A stretch of 52,835 nucleotides of DNA, from positions 1-52,835 of the IMG/VR virus record IMGVR_UViG_3300022666_000286; one strand, written 5' to 3'. The notes under the pieces were generated by a model, which saw only the letters and a list, made by a program, of their open reading frames with translations, searched no databases and had not been told where the DNA came from. The translations under genes were made by a program, and so were the position numbers. The DNA comes from a virus (Duplodnaviria; Caudoviricetes). Shown one piece after another: positions 37,157 to 45,868 of the stretch; position 1 is the first letter of the stretch; the number at the start of each line of letters is the position of its first letter.

Positions 37157-37694
37157 TGTTGCCCCCTTCCCCGGCATTTGATTGGGCCGCTTTGATAGCG
37201 CGTTTGAGCTTGTCGATGGCGATAAATTCACTGAGTTCAACGGGCTGGTTTTGTTTGATCACTTTTACGGCAAAGGTCGCGGCCTCCAGCAACTCCGGCG
37301 CGGCGGCAAACAGTTGGGCGTAAGCGTGGCTCTCCGGGTCGTGGGCCGGGCCGGTCACGGCTACCAAGCCGCGAGTTTCGGCATCCATCACAGCGGTATG
37401 TTCCGGGATTTGCAGGAATTTAGTAGTGGGGGTGTAATACCCCACCGCCAGGCCCGGCCCGCCGCCTTTGGTGCCGGCTTTTTTGGTGAAGGTTAGCTCC
37501 AGGTCGCCATCGGCCAGAACGCGCTGGCCGATCTCGCATTTGGCCGCTTCGGGAAACTGCTTGGCCAACTCACGCTGCACAATCTCAATGGTCAACGCGC
37601 CCTGCGGGTTGGAGTACGGCCCAAAAGTTTTGCCGTCGTATTTGACCACAATCCGGCTGTGACTGATTTTGTCGGTTGGTTTCAGGTCACTCAT
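37140..37694 (-). CDS. Ubiquitin-like protein (PRTRC protein C-like) fused to a C-terminal domain
   Basis: KYDG...QFPE...FTKKAGTKG ends at 37464, then in-frame GGPG linker and ~108 aa containing AAAPELLEA. Confidence 0.75.
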   Translation of the reverse strand: MSDLKPTDKISHSRIVVKYDGKTFGPYSNPQGALTIEIVQRELAKQFPEAAKCEIGQRVLADGDLELTFTKKAGTKGGGPGLAVGYYTPTTKFLQIPEHTAVMDAETRGLVAVTGPAHDPESHAYAQLFAAAPELLEAATFAVKVIKQNQPVELSEFIAIDKLKRAIKAAQSNAGEGGNNEIHP

Positions 37695-38628
37695 TGGTAA
37701 TCTCCTCAGTTTCGCTTTCAAGATAATTAATGATGGCCTGCCGCAGAACACTTTCTAACTCGGCGTACAAACCGGAGTAATACAAGGGGATGTACCCCTT
37801 CAACAAGCCACCCTCAGCATTGATCTCCAACTCAAACGCCCAGGTTTCCGCCCGTTTGAGCCGAATGTTCAGCAACAAATCAGGCTTAACCGGCGCGGCC
37901 ACATTCGGTTCTTCAATTTCAACCGGCGCGGAAAAATCCAGGGTAACGGGTGGGGTTGGGGCTTTGATGGACTTAGCCAAAGGTTGAGCCTGCTGCCGCG
38001 ATGCTTCCGCTTCGGCTTTTACCCGATCCGCCATCAACGGTGTCGCCGGCGGCGTAATCGGTTTGGCTTGCTGGCGCAGCCGGCTTAAGGCCGTTGGGGG
38101 GGCAACTTCCGGGGCGCGGCTGGCCGGATCGTTCGGTTCTTCGGGGGCAACTTCCGGTTCGGCTTCGGCTCCAGTCAAGGTGGCTTGTTGGGGTTGAGCG
38201 GCCTGGGCCGCCGCCTTATGGTCGGCCACAATCGCTTTGGCCGTGGTGTGGCTGATGCGTTCCCCGGCTTCGGCGCGGTCGAGCACCTCGTCCACGGCGC
38301 TGGCCGGGGTGCTGGGCGCGGCCAGCAGATACAGGGCGCTGGTGGCTACATCCATCTGGGCAAAGTTGGCCCGCCCCCTGAATTGCTTGTAGACGCCTAT
38401 AAAGTTATAGGCAGTCCTGCGCGACCAATCGAACTCGGCCTGAAGCCAGGCGTCGAACTGGCCGTTGCCGAGTTTAGCCTGCACCTCCAGCAGTTTTTCG
38501 CCCACCTGCATGACATTTTCGGCGGTGGCGCGCATCAGCGTTTTGATTTCGCCGGCGCGTTGCTGGGCTACAATCCGGGTTTCACTGTCAAGCTGGGTGT
38601 AATCGAACAGGGTCAGTTGGGTACTCAA
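37687..38628 (-). CDS. DUF3102-like HTH protein with PRTRC E-like C-terminus
   Basis: VGEKLLEVQ...GQFDAWL..EF..SRRTAYNFI; Pro/Ala linker; IPLYYSGLYAELE. Confidence 0.7.
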   Translation of the reverse strand: MSTQLTLFDYTQLDSETRIVAQQRAGEIKTLMRATAENVMQVGEKLLEVQAKLGNGQFDAWLQAEFDWSRRTAYNFIGVYKQFRGRANFAQMDVATSALYLLAAPSTPASAVDEVLDRAEAGERISHTTAKAIVADHKAAAQAAQPQQATLTGAEAEPEVAPEEPNDPASRAPEVAPPTALSRLRQQAKPITPPATPLMADRVKAEAEASRQQAQPLAKSIKAPTPPVTLDFSAPVEIEEPNVAAPVKPDLLLNIRLKRAETWAFELEINAEGGLLKGYIPLYYSGLYAELESVLRQAIINYLESETEEITNE

Positions 38629-38650
38629 TCTGTCATCTCCTTTCTATGGT

Positions 38651-39091
38651 TTATTGTTTTTGGCTGATAATTATTTTTTGATCCGCTATGTCCGACAAAG
38701 GCACAGGTGTACCGCACTCGTTTAGTTTGGTAATCCCCAACCAGGGCATTAAAACATTGCTCCACTGAATCAACACTGCCTGCGCGGTGAACGCCATAAC
38801 AACGCTGTTCTGGTCATAAACGCCGGGAGCAAGTTTTACTTTTTGGATCAGGGCGTTAATCCAGCTACGGGCTATTCTGGCATTGCTCCAGCAGGCATTC
38901 TCCGGGTGCTCGCCATAGGCGTGGCCGGAGATGGCCGTATAAAGCTGGGCGGCAACTTCGCCGGTAATCAGAGTGAATCTCTGGTTTAATATGCCCGGCG
39001 GCGGGTTGCCCCAACCGGCGTACAACACGCCGTAACTTTCCGAGATGGCCAAAGTGATGGGCCGGTCAAACGTAATCAATTCTCTGTTCAT
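38651..39091 (-). CDS. Hypothetical protein
   Basis: 146 aa, RBS GGAAAGGA. Confidence 0.55.
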   Translation of the reverse strand: MNRELITFDRPITLAISESYGVLYAGWGNPPPGILNQRFTLITGEVAAQLYTAISGHAYGEHPENACWSNARIARSWINALIQKVKLAPGVYDQNSVVMAFTAQAVLIQWSNVLMPWLGITKLNECGTPVPLSDIADQKIIISQKQ

Positions 39092-39107
39092 GGTTAATTT
39101 CCTTTCC

Positions 39108-39133
39108 GGTTACACAATCTGCCTTGTGTGACC
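39108..39133. repeat. dif/lox-like site 5 (GGTTACACAA-TCTGCC-TTGTGTGACC)
   Basis: Intergenic near-perfect inverted arms. Confidence 0.8.
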
Positions 39134-39496
39134 TTATGCTACGGGTCTGTCATCTATAAATTCTGAGTTTTTGGGTTCGACTATTTCATAAACCGGCCCC
39201 GGCTCTGGCAGATAACCAGCCGCCCCGACCGGCGGCAACTGGTTTTGATACGGGTAATCCGGCAGGCGGTATTGGTTGGTGATTTTGGGTTGAAGCTGCG
39301 GTTGGCTAAACACCGCCCGGGTCCATTGCCGGTTGAGCAGCAGGGCAAAACCCATTGCCAGGGTTGCCCCCATCACAAACATCAGCAGCGCCAAAAATAT
39401 AATGAGCGCGGTTTGGTTGGTGGCCAGGGTATAAATCAGGCCGCCGCCAACGGCCAGGCCAAACCCCAGGCTCATTAGCCACAATATTTTTTTCAC
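39134..39496 (-). CDS. Two-TM membrane protein coupled to FtsK-like gene
   Basis: GTGA overlap; two hydrophobic helices. Confidence 0.7.
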   Translation of the reverse strand: MKKILWLMSLGFGLAVGGGLIYTLATNQTALIIFLALLMFVMGATLAMGFALLLNRQWTRAVFSQPQLQPKITNQYRLPDYPYQNQLPPVGAAGYLPEPGPVYEIVEPKNSEFIDDRPVA

Positions 39497-40779
39497 GCCG
39501 CCAACCCTTTCCTTACCCGCAACCAATAATCGGCTTCTTTATTCAATAACCTGGCATAATCACGGACTTGCATGGCGCGTTGGGTAGCGCCGCCAAACTG
39601 CTTTTGGATGGCGGTGGCGCTGTTGTTGATGACCAGCGCGTAAGCCAGCCGGTGCGGGTCAACCTGCCAGTTTTCAACAATGAGGCTGTCGCCGGCAATG
39701 TTTTCCTGGGCCGGCATCGGCGGTTCCGCCTGAATCCTGGGTAATTGTTCGTAATCAATTGGGTTGGGCAGCGCCGCCCTAAAGCGAGTAACCTTATCGC
39801 CGTTGATGGCCAGCCCATCCCCCAGGCCGCCCAGTTTTTCCGGGTGCTGGCCGGCCAGGTTGGTGGCCAGGTACGCCTGGGCGTGGGGCAGTTGAAACAC
39901 CAGCCGGCTTTGAAAGTTGGCCTGGGCCAGGCTACCGCTCTGCCCAAACGTAGACGGGTTGGCCGCCTGTGAGGCCACAATCAGGTTAATTTTCAGGCCG
40001 CCGGCCATTTGCGAAAGCTGGGTAATGATGGGGCCGCTTTCCGGCATCGCGGCGGTTAGCTGCGCCACTTCATCAATGATGACCACCCAACGCGGCTGGT
40101 AAGGCAACTGTTCGCGGCGGCGTTGGTCCATCTCCCGTAGCGCCAAGCGGAGCAAGGTAACTGCCCCCTCGTAGGTGGTGGCTATTGGGGCAACCAGGTG
40201 CGGCAACCGGGCAAACGCCGCAAACGCCGGATCATTCTTGGGGTTCAAAATCAGGAGTTTTGTCTCCGTGGCCTGCGGATCGGTGCGCGCCAGGCTAATG
40301 ACCATATCAGCCAGAACGGTGGTTTTGCCCGTTTGGGTGCTGCCAAAGATGGCCTTGTGCGGGTTAACCCAATCCAGCCGGGCCACCGGCCCCAGCGCCT
40401 TTTGGCCAATCGTCACCTGTTCGCGGTGGTGGGGCAGGTGCGATAGTTGCACATCGCGCCATTGCGACCGGGGCAGGGTAAACTCAACTCTAACCGCGCC
40501 CAGATCGCGGTAAACCCGGGCAAATTGGCTGGTAGCCTTAAACGCGAAGCGTTCACTCTGCCCCATTACCGTGTCCAAATCCAGGTCATCAATTACCAGG
40601 CTCACGGTTACGCACTGGGGGCCGGCCACCGGACGACCCATAAATTTGAACGGCACGCCGTTGGGTAACTTTGCTATTCGCCCCAACGTTCGCGCCGACC
40701 GGCGCCTGGCTTCGGTTCGATGCAGCACATCGGCCACACTATTCATATAAAACCGTTCCGCCTCCCCTATGGTTGTCAT
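39493..40779 (-). CDS. FtsK/SpoIIIE-like ATPase
   Basis: PHKAIFGSTQTGKT, LPHL, EMDQR, VVIIDE, ASQ; likely start MTTIGE. Confidence 0.85.
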   Translation of the reverse strand: MTTIGEAERFYMNSVADVLHRTEARRRSARTLGRIAKLPNGVPFKFMGRPVAGPQCVTVSLVIDDLDLDTVMGQSERFAFKATSQFARVYRDLGAVRVEFTLPRSQWRDVQLSHLPHHREQVTIGQKALGPVARLDWVNPHKAIFGSTQTGKTTVLADMVISLARTDPQATETKLLILNPKNDPAFAAFARLPHLVAPIATTYEGAVTLLRLALREMDQRRREQLPYQPRWVVIIDEVAQLTAAMPESGPIITQLSQMAGGLKINLIVASQAANPSTFGQSGSLAQANFQSRLVFQLPHAQAYLATNLAGQHPEKLGGLGDGLAINGDKVTRFRAALPNPIDYEQLPRIQAEPPMPAQENIAGDSLIVENWQVDPHRLAYALVINNSATAIQKQFGGATQRAMQVRDYARLLNKEADYWLRVRKGLAA

Positions 40780-40871
40780 CTGCCTATTCCTTATGTATAA
40801 TTGAACTCGGTCAGGGTTTTTGCCTATTCTCCTGACCTTGCCTGTTGCGCCGTTACGCAACAGGCGTTTTT

Positions 40872-41192
40872 TTAGATTGCGGGCCGCAGCGCCCAGCCCC
40901 ATGAGCGGGCCATAATCCCGACCAGTTCCGCCTGAAAACTCAGCCGGGCCAACCCGCACAAAATCAACGCCCGGCCTAATTCAACCACCGCCAAAGTCAA
41001 ATCCAGCCACAGTAACCCCTGAGTTACCAGCCGCCACAACCCATTTACTACCCACTGCCACCAGAATACCAGCCGGGTTAACCACCACAACTTCCATATT
41101 ATTGTTACCCGCGAATGATTACCGGTTTGGCTGATTTTTACCACCGTCAGGCAGTAACCTTCTCTGGTTAACTCAAGTTTTTGTCGCTTCAT
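40872..41192 (-). CDS. Trp-rich putative membrane protein
   Basis: ATGA-coupled; hydrophobic. Confidence 0.4.
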   Translation of the reverse strand: MKRQKLELTREGYCLTVVKISQTGNHSRVTIIWKLWWLTRLVFWWQWVVNGLWRLVTQGLLWLDLTLAVVELGRALILCGLARLSFQAELVGIMARSWGWALRPAI

Positions 41193-41419
41193 TTTTTCCT
41201 GCCGCCGCTGTAGCCGCAAAGCCGCTTGAAGCGCCGGATTTGCTGCTGAATCCTTTGCCGGGTGACGTGAAACACTTCCGCAATCTCGCCCTGGTTGTAA
41301 TCTAGCAAGTACAAAATCACAATCACTCGCTCGTAATCGCTGGGCAATTTGGCCAGCGCCCGGAGCAAGTAGTTACTATGATCCACTTTGTCCAATACGT
41401 AATCCTCTAAATGAGACAT
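41189..41419 (-). CDS. Sigma70 region 4-like HTH protein
   Basis: ALAKLP...ER.I..L...YNQGEIAE...VTRQRIQQ. Confidence 0.75.
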   Translation of the reverse strand: MSHLEDYVLDKVDHSNYLLRALAKLPSDYERVIVILYLLDYNQGEIAEVFHVTRQRIQQQIRRFKRLCGYSGGRKK

Positions 41420-41452
41420 ACATTTTCCGGGTTACATAAGCCAGAACTTAAC

Positions 41453-41683
41453 CTAAACCCCTTGATTCCATTCCCATAGCTTCAGCCGGCCCTTTTGCTT
41501 AAATTGTTTATCGGCCCGGCCCAGGTGGTAGCCCCGGCAAAACGGGCAGTGGTACACGTGCAACCCTGGCCGCAGCCGCCCAATCGAGGCCAACCGGCCC
41601 AGCATCCGTTCGGCCTGGGGCTGGTTATCAAACCGCCGTTTGTGGGTGCATTGCCTGCGGCGCAGGCGTCGTTTACTGCTCAT
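41453..41683 (-). CDS. Small basic Zn-finger protein
   Basis: CTHKRRF...VYHCPFCRGYHL. Confidence 0.7.
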   Translation of the reverse strand: MSSKRRLRRRQCTHKRRFDNQPQAERMLGRLASIGRLRPGLHVYHCPFCRGYHLGRADKQFKQKGRLKLWEWNQGV

Positions 41684-41882
41684 TGTTCACCGCCGCCAGT
41701 TCGTTGTTTTCTATCGCCCGAATCACTTCATCAAGGTTGGTTAGCAACCGCCCGCCGGCGTTTCTAAAATGCACCCGGCCCAATGTCAAGGCCGCTTCAA
41801 TCCACTGCACCAGCGCCAGGGCGGATAAATACACCGCTTCACGCTTTTGATTGTCTGCCTGTGTTAATTGATTAAAGCTCAT
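41673..41882 (-). CDS. Hypothetical protein
   Basis: Coupled small ORF. Confidence 0.5.
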   Translation of the reverse strand: MSFNQLTQADNQKREAVYLSALALVQWIEAALTLGRVHFRNAGGRLLTNLDEVIRAIENNELAAVNNEQ

Positions 41883-42147
41883 CGCCGCTCCCAAAGAAAT
41901 CTCTTAAAAAGGCTTCGGTTTCTACGGCTTCCACACTCGCCGCCTGCCTGGCTGCGCCAATTCCCCCACCGGCAACCCTGTCCAGAATATCCGCCGCCCG
42001 CTGCGGCCCGGCCATAGCCAGCAGTTCCAGTAGTTCGGCCAAGTCCGGCGAATGCCGCCCCGGATTGAACCGGACGCTGAACCGGTACAATTTTCCCGGC
42101 GTTCGCCGCCGCCCGCTTCTCCCTGTCCGTCCGGCCATCATCCCCAC
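41872..42147 (-). CDS. Putative ParR-like adaptor
   Basis: Directly after ParM; basic N-terminus, beta-strand YRFSVRF then helices, acidic/aromatic tail. Confidence 0.55.
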   Translation of the reverse strand: MGMMAGRTGRSGRRRTPGKLYRFSVRFNPGRHSPDLAELLELLAMAGPQRAADILDRVAGGGIGAARQAASVEAVETEAFLRDFFGSGDEL

Positions 42148-42161
42148 CCTGAATTTGGCGT

Positions 42162-43235
42162 TTACCCCAAAAACCCGCTCACCGCCAGCTTGGCCAACCC
42201 GCGAGCGTTGGCCAGGGCCGGGTTGGCGGCCATCTCCGCGTGAGGGTACTGCCGTTGCAACCGCCCGGCCATAGCCAGCGCCCCGCCACCGGTCAGGATG
42301 ATGCGGAACCGTTTGGCATCCACTTTGATTCGTTCCCGGATAAAGTTCAGTACGTCAGCCGCCAGGCTGTTAAGCGCCTGGTCAATCTCGGCGGTAATGC
42401 TCACGGCCTCGCCGTGAACGTAAATGACCGGTTTTTCACCGTTAACCCGTTGTTGTAAGCGGGCGTCGGCTTCGTGCAGGCTAAGGGCTACCCCGTGCCC
42501 CTGCTTTACCCGCTGCCGGATCATCTCCGCCGCCCGCGCCATTCCCAGGTCGTCCCCGGCGGTATAGCGGTCGCTGGGTTTGCCGTTTTCTACGGCAAAC
42601 AGATCAAGCGTGTTAAAGCCCTGGTCAATTACCAGCACCGGCGCGGTGCGCCCCGCTGCTCCGCGAATCCATTGGCCCTCCTCATTCAGCGCCCAATCCA
42701 TCCAGGCCCCTAACGGTTGGGCTACCTGCGCCCGAATTTTTGCAACCTCAAAGGCGCTTTCCTGCCCGCCAAAGGTAAAGCGGTGCGGCCCCAACAGCCA
42801 TTTGGCCAGCGCCTTTTCGGTGGCTTCGGCTTTGGCTTTATCCGCCAGCATAGTTACCGGCAGGCCAATAGCTACCGCCACCCGCTGGCCGGTTAGCCCC
42901 AACTGCACCACCAGCGCGTAAAACATTGCCCGCAGTTCGGCGCCATCAATAAACCGGCTTTCGTCTATGTTTTCGATTGGCCGGGTGTAAGCCGCCACGT
43001 TGGGGCCAACCAGGTAATCCATTCCTTCAAACGATACCTGAAAGGGGACCTCGCCCCGTTTCTGGCTGTCCAGCCCGGCCAGGTTTAGCCCGCTGGACTC
43101 AATCCGCCCCACTCCGGCCACGCTGGGCATTGTTACCAAATTCATCTGCCCGTTAACCCAGGCCGCTTTCATCATCCCGTTGCCGGGGTCCCAGCCAAAT
43201 TTTTCCACCGCACTTTTGTTCGTCATCTTGAACAA
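42162..43235 (-). CDS. ParM/StbA actin-like ATPase (PRTRC D-like)
   Basis: GWDPGNGMMK, IGLP, VAQP.G, IDQGFNTLD, LTGGGA, ANARG. Confidence 0.9.
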   Translation of the reverse strand: MFKMTNKSAVEKFGWDPGNGMMKAAWVNGQMNLVTMPSVAGVGRIESSGLNLAGLDSQKRGEVPFQVSFEGMDYLVGPNVAAYTRPIENIDESRFIDGAELRAMFYALVVQLGLTGQRVAVAIGLPVTMLADKAKAEATEKALAKWLLGPHRFTFGGQESAFEVAKIRAQVAQPLGAWMDWALNEEGQWIRGAAGRTAPVLVIDQGFNTLDLFAVENGKPSDRYTAGDDLGMARAAEMIRQRVKQGHGVALSLHEADARLQQRVNGEKPVIYVHGEAVSITAEIDQALNSLAADVLNFIRERIKVDAKRFRIILTGGGALAMAGRLQRQYPHAEMAANPALANARGLAKLAVSGFLG

Positions 43236-43329
43236 TCCTTCCAGTTATGGTAAATTAGCAGGGTCTTGTAACCCTTTTCTGTTCCGCGAAGGCTCGCCGC
43301 TTGCCTCGGCGAGCCTTCTTTGTTTTTTT
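43228..43329 (+). ncRNA. Putative antisense sRNA unit opposite the parM leader
   Basis: TTGAAC-N17-TAAATT, then GAAGGCTCGCCG/CGGCGAGCCTTC hairpin and T run. Confidence 0.55.
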
Positions 43330-43535
43330 AATTCCTTCAACCGGGGCCGGTATTCCACCAGCCGGCGCTGCATTGTTAACGAAATTCGCTTTATTTCCAA
43401 CACGGCCATCAGTACCGCCGGGTCGTCGGTTAACTCTTTGACCGCTTCAACCCTATCCTGAATATCAAGGTTGAGCGCGATCTGGCCATCCAGAAACGCC
43501 TGATCCCGATCATCCGCGCCACGGGGACGTGCCAT
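43245..43535 (-). CDS. Hypothetical protein
   Basis: Start MARPRG; helical. Confidence 0.55.
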   Translation of the reverse strand: MARPRGADDRDQAFLDGQIALNLDIQDRVEAVKELTDDPAVLMAVLEIKRISLTMQRRLVEYRPRLKELKKQRRLAEASGEPSRNRKGLQDPANLP

Positions 43536-43833
43536 TCTTGGATGCGTCTCCTTTCCGCAGTTGCCGGGCCTGCCAGCTTTTCCGGGCCGCCTCAAAACCA
43601 ACCTTTACCGCCCCGCTAACGCCCACCGCAAAAAACAGGCCAATCCAGGTTTTTACATCCCACACCCCTAAAATAAGCAGTGGAATACCCAGGTAAAAAA
43701 CCGTAAAGTACCCCATTGTCCACCGGTGGGCCTCTTTGCGTTCCCACAAAATTCCAAACGTGGCGGCTTCAAGCAGGATGATAAGGGCCAGGCCGCTCCA
43801 GTAAACCAGGTGGTAAGCGTTAAAAAGTTCCAT
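43510..43833 (-). CDS. Three-TM membrane protein
   Basis: Hydrophobic helices; AAGGAGG upstream. Confidence 0.7.
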   Translation of the reverse strand: MELFNAYHLVYWSGLALIILLEAATFGILWERKEAHRWTMGYFTVFYLGIPLLILGVWDVKTWIGLFFAVGVSGAVKVGFEAARKSWQARQLRKGDASKNGTSPWRG

Positions 43834-43894
43834 TTTTATTACAAGCCTCCTTTTCTATGCTACACTGGTACAAAACCAGCACCTTAACAACTCA

Positions 43895-43920
43895 GGGCCA
43901 ACAATTATGCTTGTGTAACC
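43895..43920. repeat. dif/lox-like site 6 (GGGCCAACAA-TTATGC-TTGTGTAACC)
   Basis: About 120 bp downstream of the tyrosine recombinase gene. Confidence 0.8.
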
Positions 43921-44041
43921 TGCACCATTAACTAAACCTCGGCCTTTTGCCCCTTTAGCCGAGGCGGGGCGGGGCAATTGTGCTCTATCCGCAGCCGGAA
44001 GCAAGCCCCACAAGTGGGACACATCCACCTTTGGGTGAATA

Positions 44042-45238
44042 TCAGGGGCACCGCCCACAGGCCGGCTGTAGCGGCAATTGCTCCCCCGCCGGCTTTTGGC
44101 GGCGACGGTATTTACTTTTGGGCAGCAATTCTTCGGCGGCGGCCTGCCCGCCTTTATCTACGGGATCATCCAGCACCCGGCTGGCGTAAATTTGGGTTAC
44201 GGCCAGGCTGCTGTGCCCCAGCAAATTCATTACCTCCTCAAAGTCAACCCCGCCCCGGCTCCGGCGCATTTGCTGCACCCGCAGCCGCGCCCCGGCGTGG
44301 CGCAGGCCGTGAACGTGGGCCTTGCTTTTTTCTACCCCGGCGCGCCGGGCGTATTTTTTTAAAATCCGGTTCACCAGGCTGTTGCTAACCGGCTGGTTAG
44401 GGTCAACCTCGGCCCCGGGATTAATCCGCTTGATCCGTTCTTCGTCCATGGGGATAAAGATGTAATCCTGCTCCTGCATTTTGCCCCACCGGCCATCGGC
44501 CTTGAGGTAGGCTACAATGGCCTGGTAGCAGTTGCGGTTGAGTACCGCCAGTTTTATCTGGCCGCCTTTGTAGCGATAGTTAAAGGCGTGGTGGCCGTCA
44601 TCGGTTTGCTTTAAATCACCCCACTTCAGGTTGAGGATTTCCGAGGAGCGCCGGCACGTCACCATGTAGGTGTACAGCAGGGCAAAGTCTCGCTTGCCGG
44701 TTAAGCACTCCGTATTGATGGCCGCCAAAATGGCTTTGGCCTCATCGCCGCTGGGGTATTTGGCCCGCCCATACGGGCTAACCTTGGCCCGGTCTACGCT
44801 ATCAAACGGGTTACGCCGATCCGCCGGCCACAGGTCATATTTTTTCTGCACAAAGTTGTAAAAATCCCCCAGAGCGGCCAGCTTCAGGTTGAAGGTGCTC
44901 TTGGCCAGCGGCTCGCGCCCCACCACCAGCCCGGTTTTGCGGTCAATCACCGCTTTTCCTTCGCGGCCCAAAAAGGCGGCCCACCGCTCGGCCAGTTCCG
45001 GGGTTACTGCCCAGGGGCGCACCTGCCCCCAGCGAAAAAACTGCTTCCAGGCGGTTTCGTAATTGCCCGCCGTGCTGCCGGTATCGTTTTGCCGGCGCTT
45101 CCCTTCTAACCAGTGATGGTAGGCGTCAATCCAGGCCATCCATAGCTGGGTATCCTCATCGCCAAATACCAGCCCGTCGAGAATGGTTAGGTTAGCTGTT
45201 GCCGGAATCACTGTCAGTTCGGCTGCTTCAGTTTTCAT
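44042..45238 (-). CDS. XerC/D-like tyrosine recombinase
   Basis: CRRSSEI (R), YKGG (K), HGLRH, LLGHSSLAVTQIY: full catalytic set. Confidence 0.93.
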   Translation of the reverse strand: MKTEAAELTVIPATANLTILDGLVFGDEDTQLWMAWIDAYHHWLEGKRRQNDTGSTAGNYETAWKQFFRWGQVRPWAVTPELAERWAAFLGREGKAVIDRKTGLVVGREPLAKSTFNLKLAALGDFYNFVQKKYDLWPADRRNPFDSVDRAKVSPYGRAKYPSGDEAKAILAAINTECLTGKRDFALLYTYMVTCRRSSEILNLKWGDLKQTDDGHHAFNYRYKGGQIKLAVLNRNCYQAIVAYLKADGRWGKMQEQDYIFIPMDEERIKRINPGAEVDPNQPVSNSLVNRILKKYARRAGVEKSKAHVHGLRHAGARLRVQQMRRSRGGVDFEEVMNLLGHSSLAVTQIYASRVLDDPVDKGGQAAAEELLPKSKYRRRQKPAGEQLPLQPACGRCP

Positions 45239-45413
45239 TCTTTATCTGTCCTATCGCCACTTCGGTCATAGCCAGCACCATCAGCCGGATAAACCGGGTT
45301 CGCTCGTCGGTAGCCGCCAAAACTTTTTGCTCCACAAACCTGGCCATCCGTTCCAACGCCTGTTTTTCCCGTTCTTTTGGTGAAAGCGCCTCGGCACTCA
45401 ATAACGCTGTCAT
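45228..45413 (-). CDS. Small hypothetical protein
   Basis: ATGA-coupled. Confidence 0.5.
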   Translation of the reverse strand: MTALLSAEALSPKEREKQALERMARFVEQKVLAATDERTRFIRLMVLAMTEVAIGQIKNEN

Positions 45414-45631
45414 AGCTCCTCATCACGGCCATAATCGCCGTACAGATTGGGACCAAAAATAGAAGCTACCGCGCTTTGCATTGTTCGCCGCCCGCTGCCG
45501 CCGGCCTGGCGCGCCCGCCGCTTGCGGGCCGCCGCGTTTCGGCATTTTTGGCAGTACCAATGCTTGCGCCCATCCCGGCCTGTTTTGCCGGTCATTTTGT
45601 GGCCGCGTTTGCAAACTTTTTCATTGTTCAT
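45410..45631 (-). CDS. Small Zn-binding basic protein
   Basis: CKRGH...CQKCR. Confidence 0.6.
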   Translation of the reverse strand: MNNEKVCKRGHKMTGKTGRDGRKHWYCQKCRNAAARKRRARQAGGSGRRTMQSAVASIFGPNLYGDYGRDEEL

Positions 45632-45792
45632 AACGCCACCTGCAACACCCGGCACTGGCCGTTTGCGTCATTCCACAGGATAGAACGGGTAGCCGGCGAT
45701 GGTTTGGCCCGTTTACGTTTACTTGCCGCCTGCGAGCCGGTGCAATTTATTTTTGTGACAAAGGAAAAAAACTGTGCTATAATATTTTTCAT
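45628..45792 (-). CDS. Small hypothetical protein
   Basis: MKNIIAQFF after AGAAAGGA RBS. Confidence 0.45.
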   Translation of the reverse strand: MKNIIAQFFSFVTKINCTGSQAASKRKRAKPSPATRSILWNDANGQCRVLQVAL

Positions 45793-45868
45793 AACAGAAC
45801 ATCCTTTCTCTGTTTTAAAGAGGTCCACCCGTGCTTTCCAGGGCGTTGGGGTGGGCCTCTTTCGTTTT
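45755..45868 (+). ncRNA. Putative antisense sRNA unit
   Basis: GTGACA-N17-TATAAT with extended TG; hairpin AAAGAGGTCCACCC/GGGTGGGCCTCTTT; covers RBS of ORF starting at 45792. Confidence 0.55.

Noticed and set aside
41430-41453. GGTTACATAA as an eighth dif-like site
   Set aside because: Only one good arm; partner out of register. Same for TTGTTGGCCC at 2971
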